Positions 28,845-37,910 are shown, counted from the first letter of the stretch. The stretch is DNA of 64,000 bases from Actinomycetota bacterium (GCA_018268675.1 JAFDWB010000069.1:19838-83837); one strand, 5' to 3'. Numbers and translations: made by a program. The notes: generated by a model not told the origin, from the letters alone.

Positions 28845-28893
28845 GGTTGATGGGCCGAAAACCGCTGATATGGAGCGCTTTTCGGCCCATCAA
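28845..28893. repeat. Palindromic element family A, copy 1 (intergenic)
   Basis: GTTGATGGGCCGAAAA-CCGCTGATATGGAGCGC-TTTTCGGCCCATCAAC. 45 of 49 nt are identical to the copy at 57490-57538. Confidence 0.8.
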
Positions 28894-28977
28894 CGTCGGG
28901 GGGGGCGCGGAAGGCGCAGACGCTTGGTGATTTGAGGGCGCCAGGGCCCACACAACTCAGCAAGCGACGGGGACCCC

Positions 28978-28993
28978 CGTCACGGAACCGTGA
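28978..28993. repeat. Palindrome family D, copy 1 (GTCACG-GAAC-CGTGAC)
   Basis: 16-mer with 6-bp arms. The second copy at 53735-53750 differs only in one spacer base, and both are followed by YTCT...GTCAC. Confidence 0.6.
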
Positions 28994-29106
28994 CTTCTCC
29001 TGCCTTCCGTCACATCTCACCCGCCACATGAGCCGCGGCCCTCAACCCGCAACCCATCGCGGCCAGCGGCCCTCCGCGGCCGGCCGCCGTCCCTGCGGCT
29101 GCGCCC

Positions 29107-30291
29107 CTACGGGTGCGTCTTGCCGTGCGTGATCTGGACGAAGGCGCGCCAGGCGGGCTTTGCCTTGAACCCCTTGCCGGCCTTGAAGAAGCCGACCGAG
29201 TCGCAGAAGGCGCAGGAATCGGGCAGGTCCTTCCAGGAGAACCAGTAGACCTGCTTCAGGTCGAGGCGGGCGCGGTTCTGAAGCAGATAGGCGTAGGCGC
29301 TCTTCAGTTCTTCCACCTGGCCTTGGATCCCGTGCTCGAAGGCGTTGACGTGGAAGTCGTTCTGCGAGCCCCAGCCCATCTCGGTGACGTAGAGCGGCAC
29401 GCGATCGTGGCTCTTCACCGTCACTTCGTGCACTTCTTCGACGATTTCTTCGAGCTGTTCGGTGTCGATCGCGTAGGGGTGCAGCGCGACGCCGTCGAAG
29501 TAGCTCTTGATCCCCTTCACCTTGTACAGGGCTTCGAGGAACTTGGCGGCGTACATGCCTCTGGTGCCCTTCGGCGAGGGCCGGCCGAAGAGGCCGGTGA
29601 GGACCACCTTCGCGCCCGGCTCGGCCGCTTTGATCACCGGCGTCGAGAGCTTCAGCAGGCGCGCGTAGTCGGGCGGGCTGACCGGATAGGCGAAGTAGAA
29701 GAAGTTGGCCTCGTTCCAGACCTGCCAGGTCTTGATCGGCAGCGGCTTGGCGATCGGTTTCAGATTCGCGCCTTCGATTTCGTAGATCGGGCCCCGCGCC
29801 GCCTTTTCCTTTTCTTCGCGGATCTTCGCGGGCGAGTGTTCGACCCAGAACTGACCACCAGGCCCGTAGCGTTCGACCGCGGCCTTGAGGAACGCCGTGT
29901 AGGCGGTGCGCTGGGCGGCGTTGCCGATCGGCAGCGTCGTTTCCTTGCGCGCCAGCCACTTCGGCGTCGCGATCACGAAGGGCAGGACCGAGAGCCCCTG
30001 CCGGGCCGCTTCTTCGACCACCGGGTCGAACGCCCCCCAGTCGTAGCCGCCCTTCTTGGTCGGCTGGACCGCGGCCCAGACCAGCGGTGCCCGGATCGCT
30101 TCGATCCCACCCGCCTTCATGTACTTGGCGTCCTTTTCGGTCACCGGCGTCTGCGGCACGATGCCGAAGAAGCCCTTCGGCGGGCGCGGGGTCGCCGCCG
30201 CCGCGGCGAGGGTCGTCGACTCCTGCGCGAGGAGGAAGACGCCGCCGACGAGGGCCAGCGTGAGCATGGCTGCGGAGAGCAGTCGCCTCAA
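29107..30291 (-). CDS. Secreted glycoside hydrolase, clan GH-A ((beta/alpha)8) type
   Basis: Signal peptide MRRLLSAAMLTLALVGGVFLLA. WQVWNEANFFYF (acid/base NE) and YVTEMGW (nucleophile E) are spaced as in GH5/GH39-like enzymes. Confidence 0.7.
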   Translation of the reverse strand: MRRLLSAAMLTLALVGGVFLLAQESTTLAAAAATPRPPKGFFGIVPQTPVTEKDAKYMKAGGIEAIRAPLVWAAVQPTKKGGYDWGAFDPVVEEAARQGLSVLPFVIATPKWLARKETTLPIGNAAQRTAYTAFLKAAVERYGPGGQFWVEHSPAKIREEKEKAARGPIYEIEGANLKPIAKPLPIKTWQVWNEANFFYFAYPVSPPDYARLLKLSTPVIKAAEPGAKVVLTGLFGRPSPKGTRGMYAAKFLEALYKVKGIKSYFDGVALHPYAIDTEQLEEIVEEVHEVTVKSHDRVPLYVTEMGWGSQNDFHVNAFEHGIQGQVEELKSAYAYLLQNRARLDLKQVYWFSWKDLPDSCAFCDSVGFFKAGKGFKAKPAWRAFVQITHGKTHP

Positions 30292-30398
30292 AGGAGTTGG
30301 ACAGGGTAGCGGGATGGCGAGAAGTTCACAGGCACGTGAAAGCGGTCAGGGACCCGAGCAGTCTTGAACACCGCCTCCCTGAAGATGTATCGGTCCTG

Positions 30399-30929
30399 TC
30401 ACCGATCTGGCACGGGGGCGGGCGTCGCGGCCGCGGCCTTCGCGTAGGCGGCCTTCGCCGCGGCGAGGGTGACGGTCGAGCCGACGACGCCCGCGGCGAG
30501 CGCGAGGAGCGCCGTGCCCGCGCCGCTCTCCTCGATCCCGAGCGCGCCGTCGACCGAGAGCGGGCCGGGGCCGCCGTCGACGATCAGGAGCAGCGCCGCG
30601 ATGATCGTCAGGTTGAACTCGTAGCCGCCCTCGCTGGTCCAGAAGCCGTTCTTCCAGTGGACGGTGCGGATCGCGGTCGTCATCGTCGCGATCAGCGAGG
30701 TCGCCGCCGCCGGGGTGAAGGCGCCGAGCGCGATCCCGGTGCCGCCGAGCGTCTCCGAGAGCGCCGCCGCGTAGGCATTGCCGCGGGCCGGCGCCAGCCC
30801 GAGCGAGTCCATCATCCCGGTCGTCCCCTCGATCCCCGGGCCGCCGAACCAGCCGCGCAGCTTCTGCGTGCCGTGGCCGATGAACATCCCGCCGATGACG
30901 AGGCGGGCGAGCAGACGTCCGAGCTTCAT
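30399..30929 (-). CDS. DoxX family membrane protein
   Basis: MKLGRLLARLVIGGMFIGHGTQKL... with four hydrophobic segments. Start set to ATG 30929 with a GGAGG about 8 nt upstream. The ORF-track N-terminal 150 aa are Arg/Pro-rich and not credible. Confidence 0.75.
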   Translation of the reverse strand: MKLGRLLARLVIGGMFIGHGTQKLRGWFGGPGIEGTTGMMDSLGLAPARGNAYAAALSETLGGTGIALGAFTPAAATSLIATMTTAIRTVHWKNGFWTSEGGYEFNLTIIAALLLIVDGGPGPLSVDGALGIEESGAGTALLALAAGVVGSTVTLAAAKAAYAKAAAATPAPVPDR

Positions 30930-30987
30930 GCGAGTACCTCCGAGGAAAGGAGACAGGGAGATGGTTGAGCCGGGAGGGCCGCGGCCC

Positions 30988-33378
30988 TCAGCCCGGCGCC
31001 AGCTCCAGTACCCGCCACGGCCCCTCGCCGCACATCGGCTGCGTCTCCCCCGCGTTCCAGCGCTCCTGGAGGTCGGCGTAGTGCGGGCTCGCCGGGTGGC
31101 CGGACTCGCCGCTGAACATCTGCCAGCACGAGCGGTCGGGGTCGGTCGGGTCGGCGACCATCCGCCAACTCGGCGCCCAGACCGCGCGGTAGGGATCGTT
31201 CGGGTCGTAGGCGATCTGGCAGACCGTCTCCTGCGCGCCCCCCGCCCGCACCCGGCGGTTGAGCAGCCGGCGCAGGACCGGGTTGGCGCCGCCGAGCGCG
31301 TGCGGGAACTCCATCGCGTGGACGTCGCCCCAGCGCCAGGCGTCCGGCTCGGGGCCGAAGCGGTCGGTGAGGTCGTCGAGGGCACCCGCCAGCGCCTCGA
31401 CCACGAGGTCCTCCCACGGCCGCCCGACGAGCCCCTCGTCGGCTTCCTCCCAGAGGCTCATCAGGTGGGAATGCCAGCGCCACGGCGAGGTGATGTGGGC
31501 GCTGAAGCCATTGTCGGCGCGGTCGAGCCAGCGCTCGCAGAGGTCGCGGTCGCCGATCGCCGCCCGCGCCACCTCGCGGGCGAGCCGCAGGATGAAGGCC
31601 TGGTAGATCGTCCCGGCGACGGTGTCGACGTCGAGCCCGCCGTCCCAGGCGCGCAGCCGCTCGGTCGCCGCGCGCTCGCGCTGCCCCGGCGGGTGGAGGC
31701 GCGAGAGCCGCCGCGCCGCCTCGAGCCCGGGCAGCGACAGCACGTCGGTCTGCATCGCGGCGAAGAAGTCGAGGTCGTGCTTCTCGCGCTCCTCCAGCAG
31801 CTCCTCGATCCGCCGCGCGCGGTAGCCGTCGAGCCATTCGGAGGTGATGTGGTGCGGATAATCGTCGCCGACGATCCGGTTGTTGGCGGTGACCAGGTAG
31901 CCGGACTCGGGGTCGACGACCTCCGGCAGCTCCGCGTACGGGACCGTCCCCTCCCACTCGAACTCGCCGGTCCAGCCTGGCTTCGGCAGGTCGGCGACGC
32001 CGCCGCGGCGGCGCGGCAGGCGGCCGATCAGCTTGTAGCCGATCGAGCCGTGGCGGTCGGCCCAGATCATGTTCGAGGGCGGCGAGGTGTGACCCTCGAG
32101 GCGGGCGACGAGGTCGGGGCCGGACTCCGCCTCGAGCTGGTCGAACATGCCGTCGAAGGCGGTCGGTTCGCGCAGGGCCGTCCAGGCGAGGGCCAGCGGC
32201 TCGGCGTCGTCGGCGCCGAGCGCCTCGTTGACGATCGGCCCGTGGTGGGTCTCGCGCACCTCCAGCACCTCGGGGGCGCGCCCCTTGACGGCGATCTCCT
32301 CGCGCCGCGTCGCCAGCGGCAGCCACTCGCCCTCGAAGAGATAACGGTCGCCGTCGACCCGCTCGACGAACAGGTCCTGGACATCGGCCATCACGTTGGT
32401 GATCGTCCAGCAGACGTCGTTGCCCTGTCCCATGTAGATGCCGGGCATGCCGGGCAGCGTGGCGCCGCGGAGGAAGCGCTCGCCGCGCCGCAGCTCCATC
32501 TCCTCCCAGATCGCGGGCATGCTCGGTGGCAGGTGCGGGTCGCCGGCGATCAGCGGCATGCCGGTGACCGAACGCGCGCCGGACACCGCCCAGTTGTTGG
32601 AGCCGCTCGCCTCGGTGGCGAGGCCGAGGGCGCGCCGCACCGCGTCGATCTGCTCGACCAGCGGCAGGCCGACCCCGTTCCAGGGCGTCTGGTCGACGAC
32701 CGGGTTGTCGCGCGGGTAGGCGGGGTCGAGGCGCGCGGTCAGCTCCGGGCCGAGCTCCCGCACCATGTCGGCGCGCAGCAGCTCCCGCTCCCAGTTGGTG
32801 CAGAGGCCGAAGGCGAGCAGCTTGCCGAGGCAGAGGATGTCGACCGGCGTCCACGGCTCCCAGGCGAGCCGCAGCAACTGCATCTCGAACGGCGGCGCCT
32901 TGGCCGCGGCGGCGCCGGCGTTCACCCCGGCGCAGAACCGCTCCAGCCGCTCGCGCAGCTCCGGCTCCAGCTCCTCGGCCTCGCGCTCGGCGATCCGGCG
33001 GATCCCCAGCGTCCGCATCAGCCGGTCGACCGGCAGCGTCTCCGCGCCCGCGAACTCCGACAGCCGCCCGCTCACCACCCGCTGGTAGAAGTGCATCTGC
33101 CAGAGCCGATCTTGCGCGTGGACGAACCCCTGCGCGAAGTGCACGTCGGCGGCCTCCCGCGCCTCGATGTGGGGAACGCCCCAGCGGTCGCGCCGCACCG
33201 TCACCGCCCCGCGCAAGCCCGGCACCTCGAGGCGCCCGCTCACCCGCGGCAGCGCCCGCCGCGCCAGCCGCTGCCAGGCGATCCCGACCGAGGCCGCCGC
33301 GGCCCCCACCCCCGCCGCGCCCGCCAGCAGCCCCACCGTGCCCACTCGCCTCACGCCCGTCCCCAACATGCCGAGCAT
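30988..33378 (-). CDS. Penicillin acylase family protein (Ntn hydrolase, peptidase S45; possible acyl-homoserine-lactone or beta-lactam acylase)
   Basis: GSNNWAVSGARSVTGMPLIAGDPHL contains the processing-site nucleophile Ser. N-terminal TM/signal segment. Start taken as ATG 33378 (MLGMLGTGV...). Confidence 0.85.
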   Translation of the reverse strand: MLGMLGTGVRRVGTVGLLAGAAGVGAAAASVGIAWQRLARRALPRVSGRLEVPGLRGAVTVRRDRWGVPHIEAREAADVHFAQGFVHAQDRLWQMHFYQRVVSGRLSEFAGAETLPVDRLMRTLGIRRIAEREAEELEPELRERLERFCAGVNAGAAAAKAPPFEMQLLRLAWEPWTPVDILCLGKLLAFGLCTNWERELLRADMVRELGPELTARLDPAYPRDNPVVDQTPWNGVGLPLVEQIDAVRRALGLATEASGSNNWAVSGARSVTGMPLIAGDPHLPPSMPAIWEEMELRRGERFLRGATLPGMPGIYMGQGNDVCWTITNVMADVQDLFVERVDGDRYLFEGEWLPLATRREEIAVKGRAPEVLEVRETHHGPIVNEALGADDAEPLALAWTALREPTAFDGMFDQLEAESGPDLVARLEGHTSPPSNMIWADRHGSIGYKLIGRLPRRRGGVADLPKPGWTGEFEWEGTVPYAELPEVVDPESGYLVTANNRIVGDDYPHHITSEWLDGYRARRIEELLEEREKHDLDFFAAMQTDVLSLPGLEAARRLSRLHPPGQRERAATERLRAWDGGLDVDTVAGTIYQAFILRLAREVARAAIGDRDLCERWLDRADNGFSAHITSPWRWHSHLMSLWEEADEGLVGRPWEDLVVEALAGALDDLTDRFGPEPDAWRWGDVHAMEFPHALGGANPVLRRLLNRRVRAGGAQETVCQIAYDPNDPYRAVWAPSWRMVADPTDPDRSCWQMFSGESGHPASPHYADLQERWNAGETQPMCGEGPWRVLELAPG

Positions 33379-33523
33379 CTTCCCAGACCTGGCCGGCCGG
33401 CCAATACCGCCAGGATCATGCAGAAGTTCAAGCATCTTGGAAGCGGCCGAAACTTCCCCGACCGGGAGGAGTTTCACCAGCATCGACGGCCGCTGCGGCC
33501 GTCCCGGACAAAGGAAGTGGACG

Positions 33524-35026
33524 ATGGACAGGGTCAGGAGGACCGCCCTCGCGGCGGCGATGATCTGTGCCTGCATGGCGGTGATCGCGAGCGGCGCGAT
33601 CGCGAAGCCGGCGGGCAAGGCGAACACTGCGAGCGGCAAGAGCGCGCGCTCGGGCCGACTCGACAGGAGCTTCGGCGAAGGCGGCAAGGTGACGGCGGCC
33701 TTCCCGGCCGGGAACACGGGCTCGACCGCGCCGAAGTACACGCTGCCGTTCGAATTCACCCCGGGGCACCTGGAGATGGCGCCGGCCCCGGGCGGCAAGG
33801 TCGTGGTCGCGGGGGCGACGAAGGTCGTCCGCTACCTCGCCGACGGCAAGCCCGACCCGAGCTTCGGCAACGGCGGCACCGCCAACGTGCCGAACCCGCC
33901 GGGCTACGCGTTCGTCCTCGCGGGCGTCGCGGTGGACTCCCAGGGACGGGTCGTTCTCGCCGGCCTGGCGCGGCCGCTGCCCGCGAGCTCGGCGCCCGAC
34001 CCGCTGCTGAGCTCGGCCGTGGTCATGCGCCTCAACGCCGACGGCACCCCCGACTCGGGGTTCGGCAACGGCGGGACCGTGCTCACCGACTTCGGCCTCG
34101 GCGCCCCGAAGGCGCCGGGCGGCCCGTACCTCGGCGCTTCGGTCGGGCTCCGCGACGTCGTCATCGGCCCCAACGACCTGCCGGTGGTGAGCGGCGCCTA
34201 CGTGACCGAAGTCGGGACCAGCAGGGGGTCGGCCGAATCGGAAGGCTTCGTCGCCCGGCTGACCGAAACCGGCGCTCTCGACCAGAGCTTCGGTGAAAAG
34301 GGCCTGCGGAAGATCGCCAGCATCTCCAGCTTCGGGCAGCTCGTCTCGCGGCCGGTTGGCTTCCTCGCGCTCGGCGAACAGTCGCAGCAGCCCTACCTGC
34401 AGCTGACCGGCTTCGCCGCCGGCGGCAACCTCGACACCGGTTTCGGCTCCTTCGGGTTCCGCGCGCTCGCGGGCGAAGCGGCGCCGACGCTCGCGGTCGC
34501 GCCGTCGGGCAAGGTGCTGCTCCTCGGCCCGCCCCGGTGGCACCACGTCTACCGCCCCAAGAAGGTGAAGGACGCAGAAACCGGCAAGATCGTCACCAAG
34601 AAGGTGCGGACCTGGATCGGCGAGCAGACGGTCCAACGGCTGCTGCCGAGCGGTGCGGGCGACCCGAGCTTCGGCCGCTCGGGCGCGGTCACCTATAACG
34701 ACCCGAAGCCAGGCTCCTACACGGCGATCGCGGTCGACGCCAAGGAACGGATCTACCTGGCGGGCCGCATCGGCAAGCACGCAGGCAGCTCGCGGAAGGG
34801 CCAGCAGAGGACCAACTTCCTCCTCGCCCGGACCAAGCCGAACGGCTCCCCGGACCGTTCGTTCGGCCACGCCGCCACGGTGAGCACCGACTTCGGTGCC
34901 CGCGCCAACGCGTTCGCGACCCAGGTGATGCTCGACCCGAAGGGCCGCATCCTGGTCGGCGGCGGGATCGAGTCCCCGCAGCTCGAAAGCGGTGGCGGCT
35001 TCGCCATCGCCCGGTACCTGCCCTAG
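33524..35026 (+). CDS. Secreted delta-60 repeat (beta-propeller) protein
   Basis: Signal peptide, then at least seven repeats of the SFG(N/E)GG(T/K)V motif (SFGEGGKV, SFGNGGTA, GFGNGGTV, SFGEKGLR, GFGSFGFR, SFGRSGAV, SFGHAATV). ATG 33524 has an AAGGAAG RBS. Confidence 0.75.
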   Translation: MDRVRRTALAAAMICACMAVIASGAIAKPAGKANTASGKSARSGRLDRSFGEGGKVTAAFPAGNTGSTAPKYTLPFEFTPGHLEMAPAPGGKVVVAGATKVVRYLADGKPDPSFGNGGTANVPNPPGYAFVLAGVAVDSQGRVVLAGLARPLPASSAPDPLLSSAVVMRLNADGTPDSGFGNGGTVLTDFGLGAPKAPGGPYLGASVGLRDVVIGPNDLPVVSGAYVTEVGTSRGSAESEGFVARLTETGALDQSFGEKGLRKIASISSFGQLVSRPVGFLALGEQSQQPYLQLTGFAAGGNLDTGFGSFGFRALAGEAAPTLAVAPSGKVLLLGPPRWHHVYRPKKVKDAETGKIVTKKVRTWIGEQTVQRLLPSGAGDPSFGRSGAVTYNDPKPGSYTAIAVDAKERIYLAGRIGKHAGSSRKGQQRTNFLLARTKPNGSPDRSFGHAATVSTDFGARANAFATQVMLDPKGRILVGGGIESPQLESGGGFAIARYLP

Positions 35027-35028
35027 GT

Positions 35029-35070
35029 AATCAACAAGGTCTAATCAACCAGGTCTACTCCACCAGGTCA
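35029..35070. repeat. Three tandem imperfect 14-nt direct repeats (AATCAACAAGGTCT / AATCAACCAGGTCT / ACTCCACCAGGTCA)
   Basis: Units 1-2 fill the whole spacer between two convergent stop codons (TAG 35024-35026 and CTA 35055-35057). Unit 3 is inside the MBL gene end. Confidence 0.6.
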
Positions 35071-35831
35071 GGAGGGAGGCGCGCCTCGGAAGCGAGTTTT
35101 TCGAGGTGCGCCTCCATCGCCATCGCCGCCATCGGCAGGAGCTCGGGGGGGACGTCGTCCCAGACGATGAGGAGGAGGGCGGAGCGGGAACGCTCGCCGG
35201 TGGAGAGGGCGGCGAGGAGCCTCCGCTCCCTCTCCAGCCGGTGATCGATGTACTCGGCGAGCTTCGCGCTCGGGTCGGTGATCCACGGGCCATGGCCGGG
35301 GCACATCAGGCTGAGGGCCTCGGCGGCGAGCAGGGAGAGCGAGTCGAGGAAGGCGACGAGGGAGTCGCCGCCGGGCGGGACGATGGTGGAGCCGAGGCCG
35401 AGGACGAGGTCGCCGCAGAAGCAGACGCCGTCGGCGGTGAGGAAGACGACGTGATCGGCGGCGTGGCCGGGGGTGGCGAGGGCGCGCAGGTCGCCGTGGC
35501 GCTCGCCACCGGTCGGCCGGACGACCGGCGCGCCGAGGAGGTCGGCACCCGCGAGGTGGTCCTCGTGGGAGTGGGTGACGAGGACCGTGCCGATGCCGCC
35601 GCGTGCCGCCGCCGCGGCGCGGATCGCCTCCAGGTGGACCGGGTCCTCGCTGCCGGGGTCGATCACCGCGCAGGGGTCGGCGCCGTAGACGTAGGTATTG
35701 GTCCCTTCCAGCGTCATCGGCCCCGGATTGGGCGCGACGATCCGCAGGATCTCCGGGTGCCCCGGCGCCGCCTCAGCCACGCGCTCCACACCCGCTGTCG
35801 CCCCCGACGCTTGTCTTCGTATCGAGGACAA
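35055..35831 (-). CDS. MBL-fold metallo-hydrolase
   Basis: VLVTHSHEDHLAGA (HxHxDH) and later PGH and GDL metal-ligand motifs. Confidence 0.8.
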   Translation of the reverse strand: MSSIRRQASGATAGVERVAEAAPGHPEILRIVAPNPGPMTLEGTNTYVYGADPCAVIDPGSEDPVHLEAIRAAAAARGGIGTVLVTHSHEDHLAGADLLGAPVVRPTGGERHGDLRALATPGHAADHVVFLTADGVCFCGDLVLGLGSTIVPPGGDSLVAFLDSLSLLAAEALSLMCPGHGPWITDPSAKLAEYIDHRLERERRLLAALSTGERSRSALLLIVWDDVPPELLPMAAMAMEAHLEKLASEARLPPDLVE

Positions 35832-35858
35832 GCGTCGAGGAGCCTGCCGTCGCCGGGC

Positions 35859-37910
35859 TCAGGCCTCGACCTCTTTGGCGATCGCGGCGCGGGCGTCGGC
35901 GGGCTCGAGCACGACCAGGTCGCCGGCGCCGCGCAGGATCTCGCGCACCAGCCAGGCCTTGCCCGCGTAGGGGAGCTCGACCACGACGGCGCCGTCGGCG
36001 AGCTCCTCGACCACGGTCCGCTCCTCGCGCAGCCAGCGCGCCCGCTCGGGCGAGACCCACACCCGCGCCACCTCGGCGGCGGGCACCTCGCCGTGCGTCA
36101 TCCAGCCCTCGACGCGGGCGAATTCCTCGATCTCGGGGCGCGGCTGGAAGGTTGCCTCGGTCGGCGCCGCCTCCTTGATCCGGTCGAGCTTGAAGTGGCG
36201 GACGCCGTCCTTCTTCAGGTCGTAGGCCTCGACGTACCAGCCCTCGCGACCGTTCTGCAGGCGGTAGGGCTCGATCTGGCGCGTGGTCAGCTCGTCCTCG
36301 TTCTCCTTGTAGTAGGAGAGCTCCAACACCGTCGAGTCGGCGATCGCCTGGTTCAGGAGCCGCGCCACGCTGGCGTCGCCGCCGCCCGCGGGGACGATCT
36401 CGAGCCCCTCCTCGGAGGGGTCGTGGCCGAGCGCCTTGACGATTTTCTCGCGCGCCTTCTCCAGGTTCGACTGCGGCAGGTGGTCGCCGAAGAGGTCGAT
36501 CGCGGCGACCAGCGCCTTCGCCTCCAGCGGCAGCAGGCGCGCCGGGCGGGCGAAGTTGTCCCCGTAGGGCTCCGAGTCGACCTCGATCTCGTCGCCGAGG
36601 ATTTCGGCGTAGAGCACGTAGGTGCCGCCGCCGAAGTTGACGACGTTCAGCAGCTCGATGTCCTCGCGCAACTCGTCCTCGGTCAGTTCGAGGCGGGCGC
36701 GCAGGTCGGCGACCGCGAGGCGTTCGCCCGCTTTCGCCGCTTCGATCAGCATCCCGGCGAGGGTGACGAGGCGGGCGAAGCGCTCCGGCCGGATCGCCGC
36801 GTCGCCGCGCCCGTTGGAGCGCGAGCGGCGGGGCTGGTCGCGCAGCGGCCGGTCGACGATCTCGGCGGCCTCGAAGCCGTTCTCGTGGCGGTCGCGGAGC
36901 AGCGCCAGGCGCGCGTCTGCCTCCTCGCGCAGGTCGTCGGGCGCCAGCACCCGCGCGTTGGCGCGCCAGCGCAGCACCCAGGCGATCAGCTCGCGCTGAG
37001 ACGCGTAATCGGTTTCGAAGATCTTCCCCTTGCCGGGCGCCTTGTCGCCCGACTTGGCGTCGCGGATCTCCCCGTAGGCGCCGAAGTCGCGCTCGATCAG
37101 CCAGGCGATCCGCTCGCGGATCCAGATCTTGGCGCGGCCCTGGGTCTCCCCCAGCTGCCAGTCGGCGCGGCTGCCGTAGTCGCGGCGGTCGAAGTCCTCG
37201 GGCGGCGAGAAGTCGTGCTCGGCCTTGGTCGCGTAGCCGACCTTGCCCTGGATGCGGGAGAGGCGGAAGACGCGCACCGCGTCGCGCTCGTGCGCGTGGC
37301 CGATCAGGTAAAACTGCCCGCCGCGGAAGACCAGGTGGTAGGGGTCGACCTTGCGCTTCGCGGTCTCGCCCCGCTCCATCGTGAAGTAGGTGAACTCGAT
37401 CGTCTTGCGGCGCGAGATCGCGGTCTCGATCTTCGAGAGCCGCTGGGAGAGGTCGCGGCCGCCGGCGCTCGCGGTCATCGCCATCTCGACCGGGGCCCGC
37501 TCGCCCTCCGCCAGCGGGTTCGGATGGCCCCAGGCCACCTGCTGCAGGGCGAGCCGCAGCGGCTCTGCATAGGCAAAGCCGCCGTCGGTGAGCAAGAGCA
37601 GCGCGGTCGAGAGCGCCGCCAGCTCGTCGTCGGAGAAGGAGATCGCGTCGAGGTAGAAGTTCTCCGGCGGCAGCGAGTAGAGCTCGGCCTCGAAGAACCC
37701 CTCGCCCGGCTTCTCCACGCCCAGCTGGATGCCGAGGCTCTCCAGCTCGGCCCGGTCCGCGTAGAAGCGCCGCGCGAAGGCGTCGTCGTTCATGTCGCTA
37801 TATCCCTCGACCTCACGCTTGATCTCGAGGGCCGATACCGGCCTCCCCTGAGCCATCAGGAACGAGATCAACGAGAGCTGTCGAATCAGCTTCTCGGTGT
37901 CCTTTGCCAC
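35859..37910 (-). CDS. Single-chain PafB-PafC-like transcriptional regulator (two HTH-WYL modules)
   Basis: Module 1: KLIRQLSLISFLMAQGRPVSALEI ... VDPYHLVFRGGQFYLIGH. Module 2: RFARLVTLAGMLIEA ... IEPYRLQNGREGWYVEAYD. GTG 37910 is preferred over the ORF-track start at 37946, which overlaps the divergent gene. Confidence 0.7.
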   Translation of the reverse strand: MAKDTEKLIRQLSLISFLMAQGRPVSALEIKREVEGYSDMNDDAFARRFYADRAELESLGIQLGVEKPGEGFFEAELYSLPPENFYLDAISFSDDELAALSTALLLLTDGGFAYAEPLRLALQQVAWGHPNPLAEGERAPVEMAMTASAGGRDLSQRLSKIETAISRRKTIEFTYFTMERGETAKRKVDPYHLVFRGGQFYLIGHAHERDAVRVFRLSRIQGKVGYATKAEHDFSPPEDFDRRDYGSRADWQLGETQGRAKIWIRERIAWLIERDFGAYGEIRDAKSGDKAPGKGKIFETDYASQRELIAWVLRWRANARVLAPDDLREEADARLALLRDRHENGFEAAEIVDRPLRDQPRRSRSNGRGDAAIRPERFARLVTLAGMLIEAAKAGERLAVADLRARLELTEDELREDIELLNVVNFGGGTYVLYAEILGDEIEVDSEPYGDNFARPARLLPLEAKALVAAIDLFGDHLPQSNLEKAREKIVKALGHDPSEEGLEIVPAGGGDASVARLLNQAIADSTVLELSYYKENEDELTTRQIEPYRLQNGREGWYVEAYDLKKDGVRHFKLDRIKEAAPTEATFQPRPEIEEFARVEGWMTHGEVPAAEVARVWVSPERARWLREERTVVEELADGAVVVELPYAGKAWLVREILRGAGDLVVLEPADARAAIAKEVEA

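Noticed and set aside
28861-28868. Shared CCGCTGAT / CCGCTGG at the 5' edge of the loops of element A (both copies), the 28702-28745 hairpin and the 53558-53601 leader hairpin (minus strand). This would hint at one super-family of hairpins.
   Set aside because: The match is only 6-8 nt. CCGCTGATCGA also occurs at 44-54 inside ordinary coding sequence with no hairpin, so chance in GC-rich DNA cannot be excluded without a genome-wide count.
28729-29132. Short ORFs in the hairpin-rich spacer (28729..28935 +, 28733..29029 -, 28738..28953 -, 28932..29132 +).
   Set aside because: They have no RBS and no family resemblance, and their reading frames simply run through palindromic repeats. The peptide similarity between 28729..28935 and the GH15-like protein (VDGPKTAD..FSAHQ) is explained by the shared nucleotide element A.
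30778-34296. Very long ORFs antisense or out of frame to recognised genes. Examples: 30778..34296 (+, 1172 aa), 45350..49306 (+, 1318 aa), 35106..37925 (+, 939 aa), 59362..61890 (+, 842 aa), 25467..27404 (+, 645 aa), 4365..6050 (-, 561 aa), 22656..23834 (-), 53792..55456 (+).
   Set aside because: All are Arg/Gly/Pro/Ala-rich low-complexity translations opposite genes with clear family motifs. Long spurious ORFs are expected when stop codons are rare in very GC-rich DNA.
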